Assembly (NCBI RefSeq): GCF_009914755.1
Contig: NC_060930.1
DNA: 64,000 bases
Reading direction: 5' to 3' (one strand)
Source: the human T2T-CHM13v2.0 reference genome, Homo sapiens
Position numbers and translations under genes: made by a program. Positions within the stretch are counted from its first letter, which is position 1; the number at the start of each line of letters is the position of its first letter. Below the pieces are notes generated by a model that did no database searches, was not told where the DNA came from, and was given only the letters and a program-made list of their open reading frames with translations. Of this stretch, positions 14,208 through 32,304 are shown piece by piece.

Positions 14208-15234
14208 TAATTTTTAAGTTAAATTCCTATAAATAAATATGAGAAATTTGTTAGGATATTTAAAGCATCTTCTAACCTTTAAAAATATGTGCTTTTAAAA
14301 ATTATTAGGTTGTAGAATTGGGAAAAAATGCAATTTGTCTTATCTTTTTCTATTAGCATGTTTCCAGTGTACAGTTCATTCAAAGGGTGGTTAGTGTGGC
14401 AAAACAAATTCAGTTTCTTAATGATAAATCACAGTGAAGTACAGAAGTAAACAGATAACCTGAAGCCAGACAATGAAGTTTACATAGCCCTTCCTTGGCA
14501 GAGCCATCTTTCTGCACTGCAGAGAACACAATCCATCAATAATTTAATTCAGTTACATTTGGTTATGAGAAAGGAACCACTTTGTTTAGGGGCTTTAATT
14601 CTGATCCTTTATCATCATTCACAAAATGAAGTAACCTATCATTACTGTGATGCCTGTAACGTATCACTAAAAGGGAAAAGGGGGAAGCATTTCTCTTCCG
14701 TCATGGACATTTTCTCAGATATTTCTATAGGGTTTGATATGCTGCTTCTTTGTATTAAATAATATTTATGTGGTGTTTATGTAGGTAAATGGTTTAATGT
14801 TGCAAAATTTCAAGGAAAAAAAAACACTAAGACATCTTAAAATTCCCCTCATCTGTTTTAGGTATCTTTGAACTATATAATAAAACATCTATGCCTATTG
14901 AAGTTAAATGACCTGTTACAAAATCATCTTTTTTATATTTCATATTGGGTAGCATAGCAGTATACTGTAATTTGTATAGTTTTATAAGACTTGCTGGATG
15001 TCATAGTAAATACAAATGACTTTATTTAAATATATAGTAATTTGCCTTTTTGACAGAAAACCATGTTTCCCCAAAAACTGCATATTTTAATCAAATTAAA
15101 AATTGCCACTAGATTCTGAATATAGCCTCTGCTGCTTTTTTAGCATTGCTGCCACTTTAAAATTTTACTCTAGTTTTAGAAGAGATTACTTGTGTTTCTT
15201 GGGTGGGTACAGGCCTGTGCAGAGCCTCATAACA

Positions 15235-15415
15235 TGGTAGAAAGAATGGAGACTTTGAACAAGTCATAACAAGGTTTCAGTCCTGACACATCTTACTGTG
15301 TGCATTTGAACATTTCACTTAATATTTCGAAGTCTCAATTTCCTAGGCTGTAAAATAGGGATATTCACACCACCTTTGCCTAGTTATTAGGAGAATCAAA
15401 TGAGGTAATCTATGT
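15235..15415 (+). mobile_element. MIR SINE
   Basis: tctcaatttcctaggctgtaaaatagggata...aggagaatcaaatgaggtaat. Confidence 0.65.
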
Positions 15416-15443
15416 TGTACTTTTCCATTGCCTGGTATATAAA

Positions 15444-15744
15444 TTTTTTTTTTTTTTTTTTTTGAGACGGAGTGTCACTCTGTCGCCCAGGCTGGAGTGC
15501 AGTGGCACGACCTTGGCTCACTGCAACCTCCACCTCTGGGTTTAAGCGATTCTCCTGCCTCAGCCTCCCGAGTAGCTGGGATTACAGGCGCCCACCACCA
15601 CGTCCAGCTAATTTTTGTGTTTTTAGTAGAGATGGGGTTTCACCACATTGGCCAGACTGGTCTCAAACTCCTGACCTCAGGTGATCCACCCGCCTCAGCC
15701 TCCCAAAGTGCTGGATTTACAAACATGAGCCACTGCACCCGGCC
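15444..15744 (-). mobile_element. AluSx-like
   Basis: Full dimer with poly-T. Confidence 0.92.
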
Positions 15745-15749
15745 ATAAA

Positions 15750-16790
15750 CTTTTTATTTGTGAGAAAAGTTTAGATTAATGGAAAAGTTACAAAAACAGT
15801 ACAAAGAGTTCCATATACTCTTCACTGAGCTTCTCCTAATATTAGCATCTCGCACAAATATTATTCAACTATCAGAATCAACAAATTAACATTGGTACAA
15901 TACTGTAACTAGAGACTTCATTCACATTTTATCAGTTTTCTCACTAATGTCCTTCTGCTGTTCCAAGATCCAGTTCAAGACTCCACATTGCATTTAGTTC
16001 TCATGTCTCCTTAATCTCTTCTAGTCTTTTACAATTTCTCAGTCTTTCCTTGTCTTTTCATGACCTTGATACTTTGGAAGGATACTGGTTACTTTGGGTT
16101 TGTCTGAAGTTTTCTTGTGATTAGATTGAGGTTATGCATTTTTGGCAGGACAGGCGTGATGTTCACTTCTCATCGTATCCCTCTAAGGGCATGTGATATC
16201 AACACTTATTACTTATTATTATTAATTATAACTTATTGCTGGTGATATTAACCTTGATCACTTGGTTAAAGTGGTATCTGCTGGGTTTCTCCACTGTAGA
16301 GTTACTATGTTCTCCTCAGAACATCTTGGGGGACATACTTTTAGAGTATGTAAAAATCCTGTTTCCCCACTGATTTTTGTCATCCCTCCATGGATCTTGC
16401 CTGCAAGTATCATCACTAAGGTGCTCTAAAGGTTATTTTCTATTTCCCCTATTCCATCTACATTTATTATTGGAATGTTTCTATAAGGAAAAACTGTCCT
16501 TTCTCCCCGTTTATTTATGTATTCCATTATTTATGTTGGTGCACATTCATGGATATGTATTTCATTCTATGCTTTATAATCCAGTCTTTGTTGTTGATTT
16601 TGTTGTCCAAAATGTTCAGCTTTGGCCACTGGGAGCTCTTTCAGGTTGGTTCCTGTGCTTTTTTGACACACCTCCTTCCTTCTTTTGAGCACATCCTCCC
16701 TAGCACCACAAGATGCTTCAGACTCATCTTGTATTTTCCCTGCCTCAGTCCTGAATCAACCACATCTCCAAAAAGTCTTGTAAATTCTCT
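15750..16790 (-). mobile_element. Old L1 3' end (L1MC4-like)
   Basis: gaaaagttacaaaaacagtacaaagagttccatatac...aaattaacattggtacaatact. Confidence 0.7.
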
Positions 16791-17400
16791 TAAAAAAATA
16801 ATAAATTAGCCATCTGTCAGCTAACATACGTTTTTTCTAATTCTTGATACAGTTTTTTTTTTTTCGATACATTTCTCTCTTGATCTCCTTCAGAGGCAGC
16901 CCTTAGGGAATTTAGTCTCACCAAGTGTGAACTATTGGCTCCTGACCTTTAGAAAAGAAACAAACCCTCGCCTACAACAGGAGGCTTATAGATCCATGTT
17001 TTCTTTGTCCTTGAAATTGTACAGGAACAGTCTGGCTTGTCACAGTAAATTAAAACTTCATCTCATCACATTTGTCATTTCAAGGCATGGTATAGTCTTC
17101 TATTATTTATTGCTAGCTTTAAAAATTTTATGTAATTTTGTTCTTTTGGTTGTCTGTTATGTAGTAATGCTTAGATGACTAGAAGATAACATGTAATCTA
17201 ATAAGTGAAACATCTCAGGATATTGTTGTGACTTTGTGAAAATAATTTAATCCTTCAGCAATTTAGTTTAAGAGTTATTCTGGAGCTAATTTGATAATTA
17301 ACAGTGTAAGTAGAAGTGTGCTAAAGATCTTGTTTTTTTTTGTAAAGTTTGATTAATTTTGACATTGATAGAAAAAGGTATATTTTAATATGCTGTGAGT

Positions 17401-17419
17401 AACCACTAGAGGGTAGCCC
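17401..17419 (+). promoter_or_regulatory. Candidate CTCF motif
   Basis: ccactagagggtagc versus consensus CCACYAGRKGGCRS, one core mismatch, in apparently unique sequence. Confidence 0.4.
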
Positions 17420-17801
17420 TGGGTAACCAATTGCCCATTTGCTGCTTATTTAAGTTGTCCTGACACAGAAAGATTGAAAATAAAGGTGGGCATGGGGAGG
17501 GAGGGTGCAGATAAAAGCAAGGGGAATTTAAAAGAAACTTGGAGTGACAATGTTATACAAAATGCAGTACAAGGAGAAAAGTATTAAAATGGACAAAGTT
17601 ATATTTTTATATGTGATAAAAGGTATAGTCTACTAATATAAGGCCATTCTAAACCTTTATGCACCCAGAAACATATTGAAATATATCAATATATAAAAAT
17701 ATTTAAATGTTTATATAAAAATATTGTTTTTCTTAACATTTGTAGGATTAAGGAGTTATATTTTGCAGTCTTCTTGGTAGCTCTTCAAAACCCTAGACTT
17801 T

Positions 17802-17950
17802 GCCAGGTGCAGTGGCTCATGCTTGTAATCTCAATGAGGCTCAAAGGCCTCATGCCTTTGAGAGGCCCAGGACAGAGGGTTGCTTGAGGCCAGGAATTTG
17901 AGACCTGCCCCGGCATCATAGCAAGATCTCCTGTTTACAAAAAATAAAAT
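17802..17950 (+). mobile_element. FLAM (Alu left monomer) with inverted micro-insertion
   Basis: gccaggtgcagtggctcatg...gaggccaggaatttgagacc...aaaaataaaat. Confidence 0.8.
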
Positions 17951-18020
17951 TAGTTAATTAATTGAAAGTTTAAAAACCTTAGACTTATTGCACATAATAG
18001 TTTTACTAGGTTATGAGTAG

Positions 18021-18517
18021 TGTAGGGGAGAAAAGATTTTTTCCTTACCCATCTTTAGGTTCATGGCTGAGGTCCTATAGCAAAAGACAGATTAATAAGA
18101 GAAATGCATACAAATTTATTTCATATGGGTTTTATATGACATGGGAACCTTCATAAGGATATGAAAACTCAAACAGGAAAAACGTTTTATGCTTAGTTTG
18201 ATGACAAGTTGTCATAGGGAAGTATGATAAGATAAAAGGGGTATAATCTAATAAACTGGGGAGAAGCTTGCAAGGCCTATTTGTTCACATTCTTCTCTGT
18301 ATCCCTGTGTCTTCAGTGATAAGGACATTTCTTTCCTCCAGGGCATCTCTGGAATGAAGTTCTTACTGAGAAGAGAGGTCAAAGAATTCTTTCTAGGTTT
18401 TATAACCTGCTTTAGGGGAGAAGGGTCGAGGGGATAATGAGAGTGATTTTTCTGCTTTTGCTATTTCCTGAAATGCCAAAGTGCCATATTTTGGGATAGC
18501 ATGTTTTGAACCCCATC
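18021..18517 (-). mobile_element. ERV1 solo LTR (MER34/MER39-like)
   Basis: aaagacagattaataagagaaa...gtgccatattttgggatagcatgttttgaacccca. Confidence 0.7.
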
Positions 18518-19655
18518 TGTAGTATCTTTAGACATCTTTTTGATGATCAAGTTAGATTTTAAAAATTCTATCAAAATAGTCAATACTTGAAAATATTCAC
18601 TGTTGAGTAAAGTGACCAGATAATGAATTCTAGAAAAACAACTATGAAAGAAAAAAAAAAGAAAAGTGAGGTGAGGACAGAAAATAAATCTGGGAAAATA
18701 AGTAAATAGGGTGAAACTAATCTAGTAAAAGTGAAATAAATTTGCATTTAATTCCTCAAAACATTTTTAAAAATCATAATTCTTGTTTCTGTGAAGAAAA
18801 GGCAGCTTCTCTCTAGATTAGCTCTGATCAGCTAATTGTGCAGTCTCTGAATGCAGTATTGGATGATGTTTTCAGTTTTCTTGTTTCTGTGGAGTGAAAA
18901 GACCATTTATTCAAGCTGAGCCAACTATCTGGGACTAGCAAATTCTACATCACTCAGCGTACTCCTGTGGTTTTCTGGTGATACTTGTTTTATGTTGGCT
19001 CCTTTTCTGCTACTGAGGTAGAGACTAAATTGACCACCTTTTAAGGATTACTAAATCTAGTCTTTTAGGCTAGAAGTATGTGATTAGTAAATGTTTTACT
19101 TCCTGAGTGAAGGGTTGTCTGTGGTTTCTATCTCAAATTTTGGCAAATTATATTTGGAAGTTTAATAAATTTTCATTGCTGTTACATCAGTGGCATTCAT
19201 ATCAATGAATAAAGCAGATTTTTCTAAAACAAGGGTGAAAATTTTATCATTAATATATCATTAATAGTAGGCACACCTGTCTGAACAGATAGCTGATGAA
19301 AATTATCTCCTGTAGAACTCCCCCTGACCATTTCCTCCAGGTTGAACTGTTGAAGGCCTCTATTTAAATAGTATGTTAAGTTATAGTATTTTGGGGCAGG
19401 AACTTACTTGCTAAATCTTTTTTTGGCACTGAAAGTTAACAGAGAAGTATGTCATAAGATTAGCTTTCAGTCCTCTGGTGGGGATGACCCTGTGAACATA
19501 CAGTCCTAAAAAGATTCCTAACAGTTCAGCCAAGTAAACATTCATTGAGCAGCTGCAATTTGCTAGGTTTTGTGCTACACACAGGGTTTAAAGAAGTGAA
19601 CAAGAGGCGCATGAACTAGGCAACGCAGGGTCTAAGGCCTTCCAGACCAGCATCC

Positions 19656-19818
19656 CATGTAGCTGGGACTACAGGCATGGGTCAACATGCCTAGCTAATT
19701 TTTTAAATCTTTTGTCTCACTATGTTGCCCAGGCTGGTCTCAAACTCCTGGACTCAAGCAGTTCTCCTGCCTCAGCCTCCCAAAGTGCTGGGATTAGAGG
19801 CGGGAGCCACCATGCCTG
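19656..19818 (-). mobile_element. Partial AluJ
   Basis: Left arm plus start of right arm only. Confidence 0.8.
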
Positions 19819-20475
19819 TTAGAAAGTTTTTTTTTTCTAACTCACTTAGAAACTGCAACTTAGGGTTAGACCCTCTGTTCCTTGTTTTACTATCAAATAA
19901 TGGCTGCACTAGGTAAGGTCTGAAGCCTGTTCCAGCTTTTAAATCCTAATTCTAACTGGTAAGAAAACTAAATTTGCTAAGGCTCCAGATCAAGTTGCTA
20001 GTTTAATAAGCAATGGCATGTTCTGTATCCTTTCCTCTCCATTTGTATACTTCCTTTTCTCTGATTTTGTACTTCAGTTCCTTGTCGTGTCCTCAACTTG
20101 ATAATTATAGGAAGTTGGAATGTGAAGAAAACTGGCCATTTGAAAGCATACTGAAACACTATTTAATATTTTTTAGTTCAGACTTTTAACTTCAAGTTTG
20201 CCATATTTTATTATTCTAAAATTCTGTTAAATTAGAAACTGGATAAGTAATATGAGTGACTTGTTAGAGTTACTATTTCTTTAGAGAGTAGATAACTTTT
20301 CTCTGGTTTTCGTTGAAATCAGAAACATTTTGTTTAACCGTGGTTCAGTGCGACTTTCAGATGACCCTTGAAGCAACTGAGTGACAGTGGGGAAGCAGCC
20401 TGTAGTTGAATGGATAACTGATAGTTGGTTATATGTGTTTATTTCTTTTCTCCATTTATAATTTTATAATATTTT

Positions 20476-20862
20476 CTTTATTATTATTATTATTATACTT
20501 TAAGTTTTAGGGTACATGTGCACAATGTGGAGGTTAGTTACATATGTATACATGTGCCATGCTGGTGTGCTGCACCCATTAACTCATCATTTAGCATTAG
20601 GTATATCTCCTAATGCTATCCCTCCCCCCTCCCCCCACCCCACAACAGTCCCCAGAGTGTGATGTTCCCCTTCCTGTGTCCATGTGTTCTCATTGTTCAA
20701 TTCCCACCTATGAGTGATAACATGTGGTGTTTGGTTTTTTGTCCTTGCAATGGTTTACTGAGAATGATGATTTCCAATTTCATCCATGTCCCTACAAAGG
20801 ACATGAACTCATCATTTTTGATGGCTGCATAGTATTCCATGGTGTATATGTGCCACATTTTC
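20476..20862 (-). mobile_element. L1PA3-like 3' end (~385 bp)
   Basis: (TTA)n tail then atactttaagttttagggtacatgtgcac... cccattaactcatcatttagc. Confidence 0.9.
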
Positions 20863-21805
20863 TTTTTATTATTATTATTATTATTATTATACTTTAAGTT
20901 TTAGGGTACATGTGCACAGTGTGCAGGTTTGTTACATATGTATACATGTGACATGCTGGTGCACTGCACCCACTAACTCGTCATCTAGCATTAGGTATAT
21001 CTCCCAATGCTATCCCTCCCCCCTCCCCCCAGCCCACAACAGTCCCCAGAGTATGATGTTCCCCTTCCTGTGTCCATGTGTTCTCATTGTTCAATTCCCA
21101 TCTATCAGTGAGAATATGCGGTTTGTTTTTTGTTCTTGCGATAGTTTACTGAGAATGATGGTTTCCAGTTTCATCCACGTCCCCATAAACGACATGAACT
21201 CATCATTTCTTTCTTTTCTTTTTTTTTTTTTTTGAGACGGAGTCTCGCTGTCGCCCAGGCTGGAGTGCAGTGGCGCAATCTCGGCTCACTGCAGGCTCCG
21301 CCCCCTGGGGTTCACGCCATTCTCCTGCCTCAGCCTCCCGAGTAGCTGGGACTACAGGCGCCCGCCACCTCGCCCGGCTAATTTTTTGTATTTTTAGTAG
21401 AGACGGGGTTTCACCGTGTTAGCCAGGATGGTCTCGATCTCCTGACCTCGTGATCCACCCGCCTCAGCCTCCCAAAGTGCTGGGATTACAGGCGTGAGCC
21501 ACCGCGCCCGGCCAAACTCATCATTTCTTATGGCTGCATAGTATTCCATGGTGTATATGTGCCACATTTTCTTAATCCAGTCTATCATTGTTGGACATTT
21601 GGGTTGGTTCCAAGTCTTTGCTATTGTGAATAATGCCGCAATAAACATACGTGTGCATGTGTCTTTATAGCAGCAGGATTTATAGTCCTTTGGGTATATA
21701 CCCAGTATTGGGATGGCTGGGTCAAATGGTATTTCTAGTTCTAGATCCCTGAGGAATCGCCACACTGACTTCTACAATGGTTGAACTAGTTTACAGTCCC
21801 ACCAA
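20863..21805 (-). mobile_element. Second L1PA (PA2/PA3-like) 3' end, interrupted by AluYe
   Basis: Second (TTA)n tail and 3'UTR. ORF2 C-terminal peptide in track ORF 21394..21765. Confidence 0.9.
21212..21513 (-). mobile_element. Young AluY (Ye-lineage diagnostics)
   Basis: CpG-rich. On the Alu strand: GGGCGAGGTGG, AACCCCAGGGGGCGGAGCCTGCAG, GACAGCGAGAC. TSD aactcatcatttctt (21197-21211 / 21515-21529). Confidence 0.9.
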
Positions 21806-23323
21806 TATTATAATTTTATAATATTTTTTAGAATGTAGAAGACTAGGATTTTAATTTCAGGTTTCCCATTAAGTAACTGAAATAACTATCCACTTGACTT
21901 CTGGAAACCTTAGTTTCCTCATTTATAAACTACAAATATCTAATTTGCATACCTTACAGTTAGTGAAAAGTCCAGGAATAATCATCTTGTTAACCACTAA
22001 AGATCTATAGAAATGTAAGCTACTGTTGTTGAAACATCACTAAGTGTTACCCTGGTTTGTTTTTGTTTTTGTTTTTGTTTTTCTTTTTGCTAATAACAGT
22101 AGTGCATTTGTACTCAATTCCCCATTAGGAATTTAGAAATTTTATTTATTAAATATCTGACTGAATAGATATAGTTAGAATGATGCAAATCACAGAGCCC
22201 CAGGTGACAAATAGCCGTCAAGTGTTGTTTTCTGAGTCTATCTGGGTATAGTGAAAAAGATGAAACAAACCCACTAGCCAGCCTACCTCCAGTATTCCTG
22301 AACAGATAGCTCTCCATTTTCCTCTGATGATTATGGCAGAGCCTTTGATACACAGCTGACCTTTCTTTTGATCTATTGACATCACTGAAAGTGGTCTGCT
22401 TAATGAGTGGCCGCATCAGTTTACATAAGGTTATTCTATTTAATACTTATTCTGTGGATTTTTGGCATTTCACTATTTCCTTTCCATTTTCTGAAAACAA
22501 TGTGGTCAATGAAAATTTTAAAACTGTGTCTTGACCTTGCCCCACGGGAAATTTGAGAAAGAAATTCTGTATACTATGGAGTCCAGAACTGAAAATGTTC
22601 TCCATGACTTCAGGGGAAGAGATTAAGAAATGAAGATGAAGAACATATGTCCTGCTTTTTTGGATGGAACCTTCATAATAGGTGAAATTTTTACAATTTT
22701 TAACACCTTTTCAGGGGAACTCCCAGGAGTCTTCAGAGATATATTTGATTATAAAATGAACTATTTTATAAATTTCACCTTTTAAAAATGGCACAAACTA
22801 GTTTCTACAAATTTTATACACATAATTGTAGCATATAATACATACTTACAGTTTAGTCTACAAAGAGACTGAGGTAACTTATAATTGCCTAACATAATTC
22901 AGCTAGTAGGTGGCAGAGTTAGAACCAAAATCTGTGTTATCTCTGTAACACTTTGCTGCTTCACAAGCCTGTGAAAAGTTCTCACCGATGAGAAATGAAT
23001 TAACTCTTACAGAGCAGAAAAAGGAATATTTAATACACCATAGGAGGTAATTTGCTGAATTAGAGTAACAAAAGCAATGTTTTCCAGCTGTGTTACAGAC
23101 TTCAAACTGCTTAACTGATTTTTTTAAGCTCCTATGAGGAGTTAGAGAGAGTAACTAGATGCAGGTTTTTCTAATGAAGAAGCTGGAGGCAAAACATTAG
23201 TAATTTAAGTAATATTAAACAACACACCGGGTCTCACCTACTCATGATAGCTTTTCCTAGTTAATAGTAAAACTGACAACCTTGGTAATGTTAGTAACTC
23301 TAAAGTATTGAGTGCTTACTATT

Positions 23324-28798
<5,475 letters not shown>

Positions 28799-28799
28799 C

Positions 28800-28990
28800 G
28801 GTGTGCAGAACGCTATACCAAGTACTTTATGAAAATGAGCTAACTTAATCCCCAAGTCAACCCTATGTTATAGATATAACTCCTTTTTTACATAAAAGAG
28901 AATTGTTGCAAAGAAGTTAAGTAAACTGTCCAAGGTCACACAGCTAGCATGTAGTAGAGACAATACTTAAACTTGAGTATCTGACTTCAA
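28800..28990 (-). mobile_element. MIR; its other end lies left of the ERV (~23300-23322)
   Basis: aagtaaactgtccaaggtcacacagctag core. tattgagtgcttactat on the far side of the ERV. Confidence 0.65.
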
Positions 28991-29636
28991 CCATTAGTAT
29001 TTACTGCCTCCTGGACTCCTTGGGGCCTCCACATCTCCTTTGGTGTGTTGTTTGGTTAGAATATGTGTGATGTTCCAATGATCTCTAAGAGTTAAACTGT
29101 GTTTGAAGTTAAGAGTTAAAGGGAAGTATTTGGATCTATAGGTGACTGATTACAAATTTAGTTTAATAGATAGTAATTGAGTAATTTAGTTACATAAGAA
29201 TTTAAAAGGGGGCACCATATATTAAATGCCTATAACATCACTCTGGTTATGAAAATTATACATTAGACTTTAAAGTAGTGACTCAAGACAACATAATCAA
29301 TAGGTCAAAAAATTATCGCAAGAATGTGCACTAAGAAAAGGCCATAAGATGGTTTTCTGCCCTTTTCCTCCTGGCAGGTTCACTTATATGTGTGACCCTG
29401 ATGCTGAGCTTGAATTCTGTTAGTACTTATGATAACTAATCTTCATAGGACCTACTTCTAATGATTTTGGTATCCTAAATTCTGGGCAGTGGTGAGTAAT
29501 AATGAGGTCACTTTGTAGTTTAGCAGACTCTCACTTTGTTTCTTTTAATATGTAAATTAGAGTTCCAAGTTCTTGAAGGTAAGAAACACCTGCCACTAAA
29601 AAGAAGGTTAAAATGTCCTCCTGAAGAAATGTTGTA

Positions 29637-30320
29637 TCTGGCTGTTATTAAAAAGCAAAAAATTAATGGATGATGGCGAGATCTTGGAGAAAAGGGAATC
29701 CTTAGACACTACTGGCGAGAATGCAAATCAGTTCAGCCCCTGAGGAAATCCCCAGTTTGGAGATTTCTCAAACTAAAATAGAATTACCATTCCACCCAGG
29801 AATCCCATTACTACGTATATACCCAAAGGAAAATAAATTGTTCTACCAAAAAGACACCTGCACTTTTATGTTTATCACAGCACTCCTCACAATAGCAAAG
29901 ATATGAAATCAACCCAGGTACCCATCAAAGGTGAATTAGATAAAGAAAATATGGCACATATACAACAAGGAATACTACACAGCCATAAAAAGAACAAAAT
30001 CATGTCCTTTGCAGCAGCATGGATGCAGCTGGAGGTCATTAACCTAAGTGAATTAACACAGGAACAGAAAATCAAATACTGCATGTTCTCACTTATAAGT
30101 GGGAGCTAAACATTGGGTACGCATGGACATAAATATGGGAATAATAGACACTGAGGACCTAGAGCCAGGAGAGAGGGAAAAGAAGAAGGGTTGAAAAACT
30201 ACCTATTGGGTACTTTGTTCACTACTTGGGTGACGGGATCATTAAAAGCCCTAACAGCTTCACACAATATAACAGTATAACAAACCTACATGTGTAATAA
30301 ATTTAAAAATTAAAAATTTT
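29637..30320 (+). mobile_element. L1PB/L1PA16-like 3' end
   Basis: ORF2 C-terminal remnants (KIELPFHPGIPLL, SFAAAWMQLE) and 3'UTR. Confidence 0.85.
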
Positions 30321-30508
30321 TAAATGCCATATCCTTATGCTGATTTCTGTGCACATATACATGGCTCTTTTGCCTCATTTAGGTCAAGAAGATGTTCCTT
30401 TTTGAATACAAATCTCTCTCTAAAGGATACTTTTTAACCATTCTCACTTTATTTTTCAAGCCGACCTTGCATAATGAAGTTTTTGTTGCTTTGAAAATAG
30501 GAGTAGTA

Positions 30509-30802
30509 GGCCAGGCGTGATGGCTCACACCTGTAATCTCAGCACTTTGGGAGGCTGAGGTGGGTGGATCACCTGAGGTTAAGAGTTCGAGACCAGCCTG
30601 GCCAACATGCAACATGGTCTCTACTAAAAATACAAAAACTAGCTGGGCGTGGTGGAGGGCACTTGTAATCCCAGCTACTCAGGAGGCTGAGGCAGGAGAA
30701 TGGCTTGAACCTGGGAGGTGGAGGTCTCAGTGAACCAAGATCACACCACTGCACTCCAGCTTGGGTGACAGAGTAAGACTCTGTCTCAAAAAAAAAAAAA
30801 AA
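30509..30802 (+). mobile_element. AluSx-like
   Basis: TSD gaaaataggagta(g/a)ta. Confidence 0.92.
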
Positions 30803-31313
30803 GAAAATAGGAGTAATATTTAGTCTTGTGTTTTTTTCCTTGTAAGAAAGACTTTATTCTAAGGAAGACCATGCAATGCACTGTCCATGTCAGCAAAGAG
30901 ATGTTTATACCATAGTGTTTGAATAGATGTGGGCATAAATACTTTAAAAAATATAATAAGGTCACTAGACCCTGGGTGGGCTCGGGATAGAAGACAAAGT
31001 TGTGAAAGAGGCTCTGAGAACAGGGTTGGAACTGGATAAAGGTGTGCCTGCTTTACAGTTTTTCTTGAGTTCATCATTTAACATAATGCCTCTGAAAGTA
31101 ACTTACTGCTGTCTTTGATAGAAATGCATATTGGTGTATTGCCAGTGCCACAGCTGGGATGTCTGGACTAACTTGGAAGGTTGCAAACTGCCACGTGCCC
31201 ACCTTCAGACCTGTCTTGACTTTCTGGCCTTTCCCCACACTGAATGAATGGAGTGGGAGGGAAGAGCCTAGACAGAAACATATGTTTTCTATTTACTTCT
31301 TCCTACCTCTTTT

Positions 31314-31601
<288 letters not shown>

Positions 31602-32304
31602 TTCCTACCTCTTTTCATACCCAATGCTTAGAGGTTTTCCTTTGAGTCGTGGATATGAAGACCTAGAAAGTATTTGCTAAAAAATATCTCCAAGTAAATA
31701 CAGTCTCTGTACAATATTTCTTGAATTTGTAAATTTAAAAACCAGAGATGACAATTTGGCAAATACATGGATAGTTTGAAAGCTTAGTAAGATCCAAGTT
31801 TCATTTATTTTTATTTTTTTCTTGTTTCCAGTAGGCTTGGAAGGGTCCAAATTTTAGACATGTATACAAAGGCAGTGAATGAATTGGAAAGAAGAGGGAA
31901 GTTAATACTTTTAGCTTTTCTCTTTTAGAGAGATTAGCTTTCCATTATTTTAACAGAATAGCTTACCAAAATGTTCTTTTCCTATTTTGTGATGAACATA
32001 ACTGAAATCTTGTATCTAATTAAATTCAATTCCTACCTAAAAGTTTTCACAAAAAAGATTATAGTTCATGTTTGTGACTAAAGAAACAAACAGAAGTTGT
32101 TTATAAAATGTTTGGTGGAAATTTTAATGTCCTTGTTTTCACCAGTGAAATTAATGATGACTTGAAAGTCTTTCTTCTTTCTTGAAAGTTTTCTTTTCTT
32201 TGAAATGCTATTTGTTTTTCTGGTTATTGGTTACTTGTGGACAGATAGCAGTTGTGAAGACATAAACTACTGATTGTTAAAAATTTCAGCATTCTCTTTT
32301 TAAA

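Noticed and set aside
19606-19655. GC-rich ~50-bp stretch between an L2 fragment and a truncated Alu
   Set aside because: Too short to assign. It has only loose similarity to 19907-19936, and I cannot support a source.
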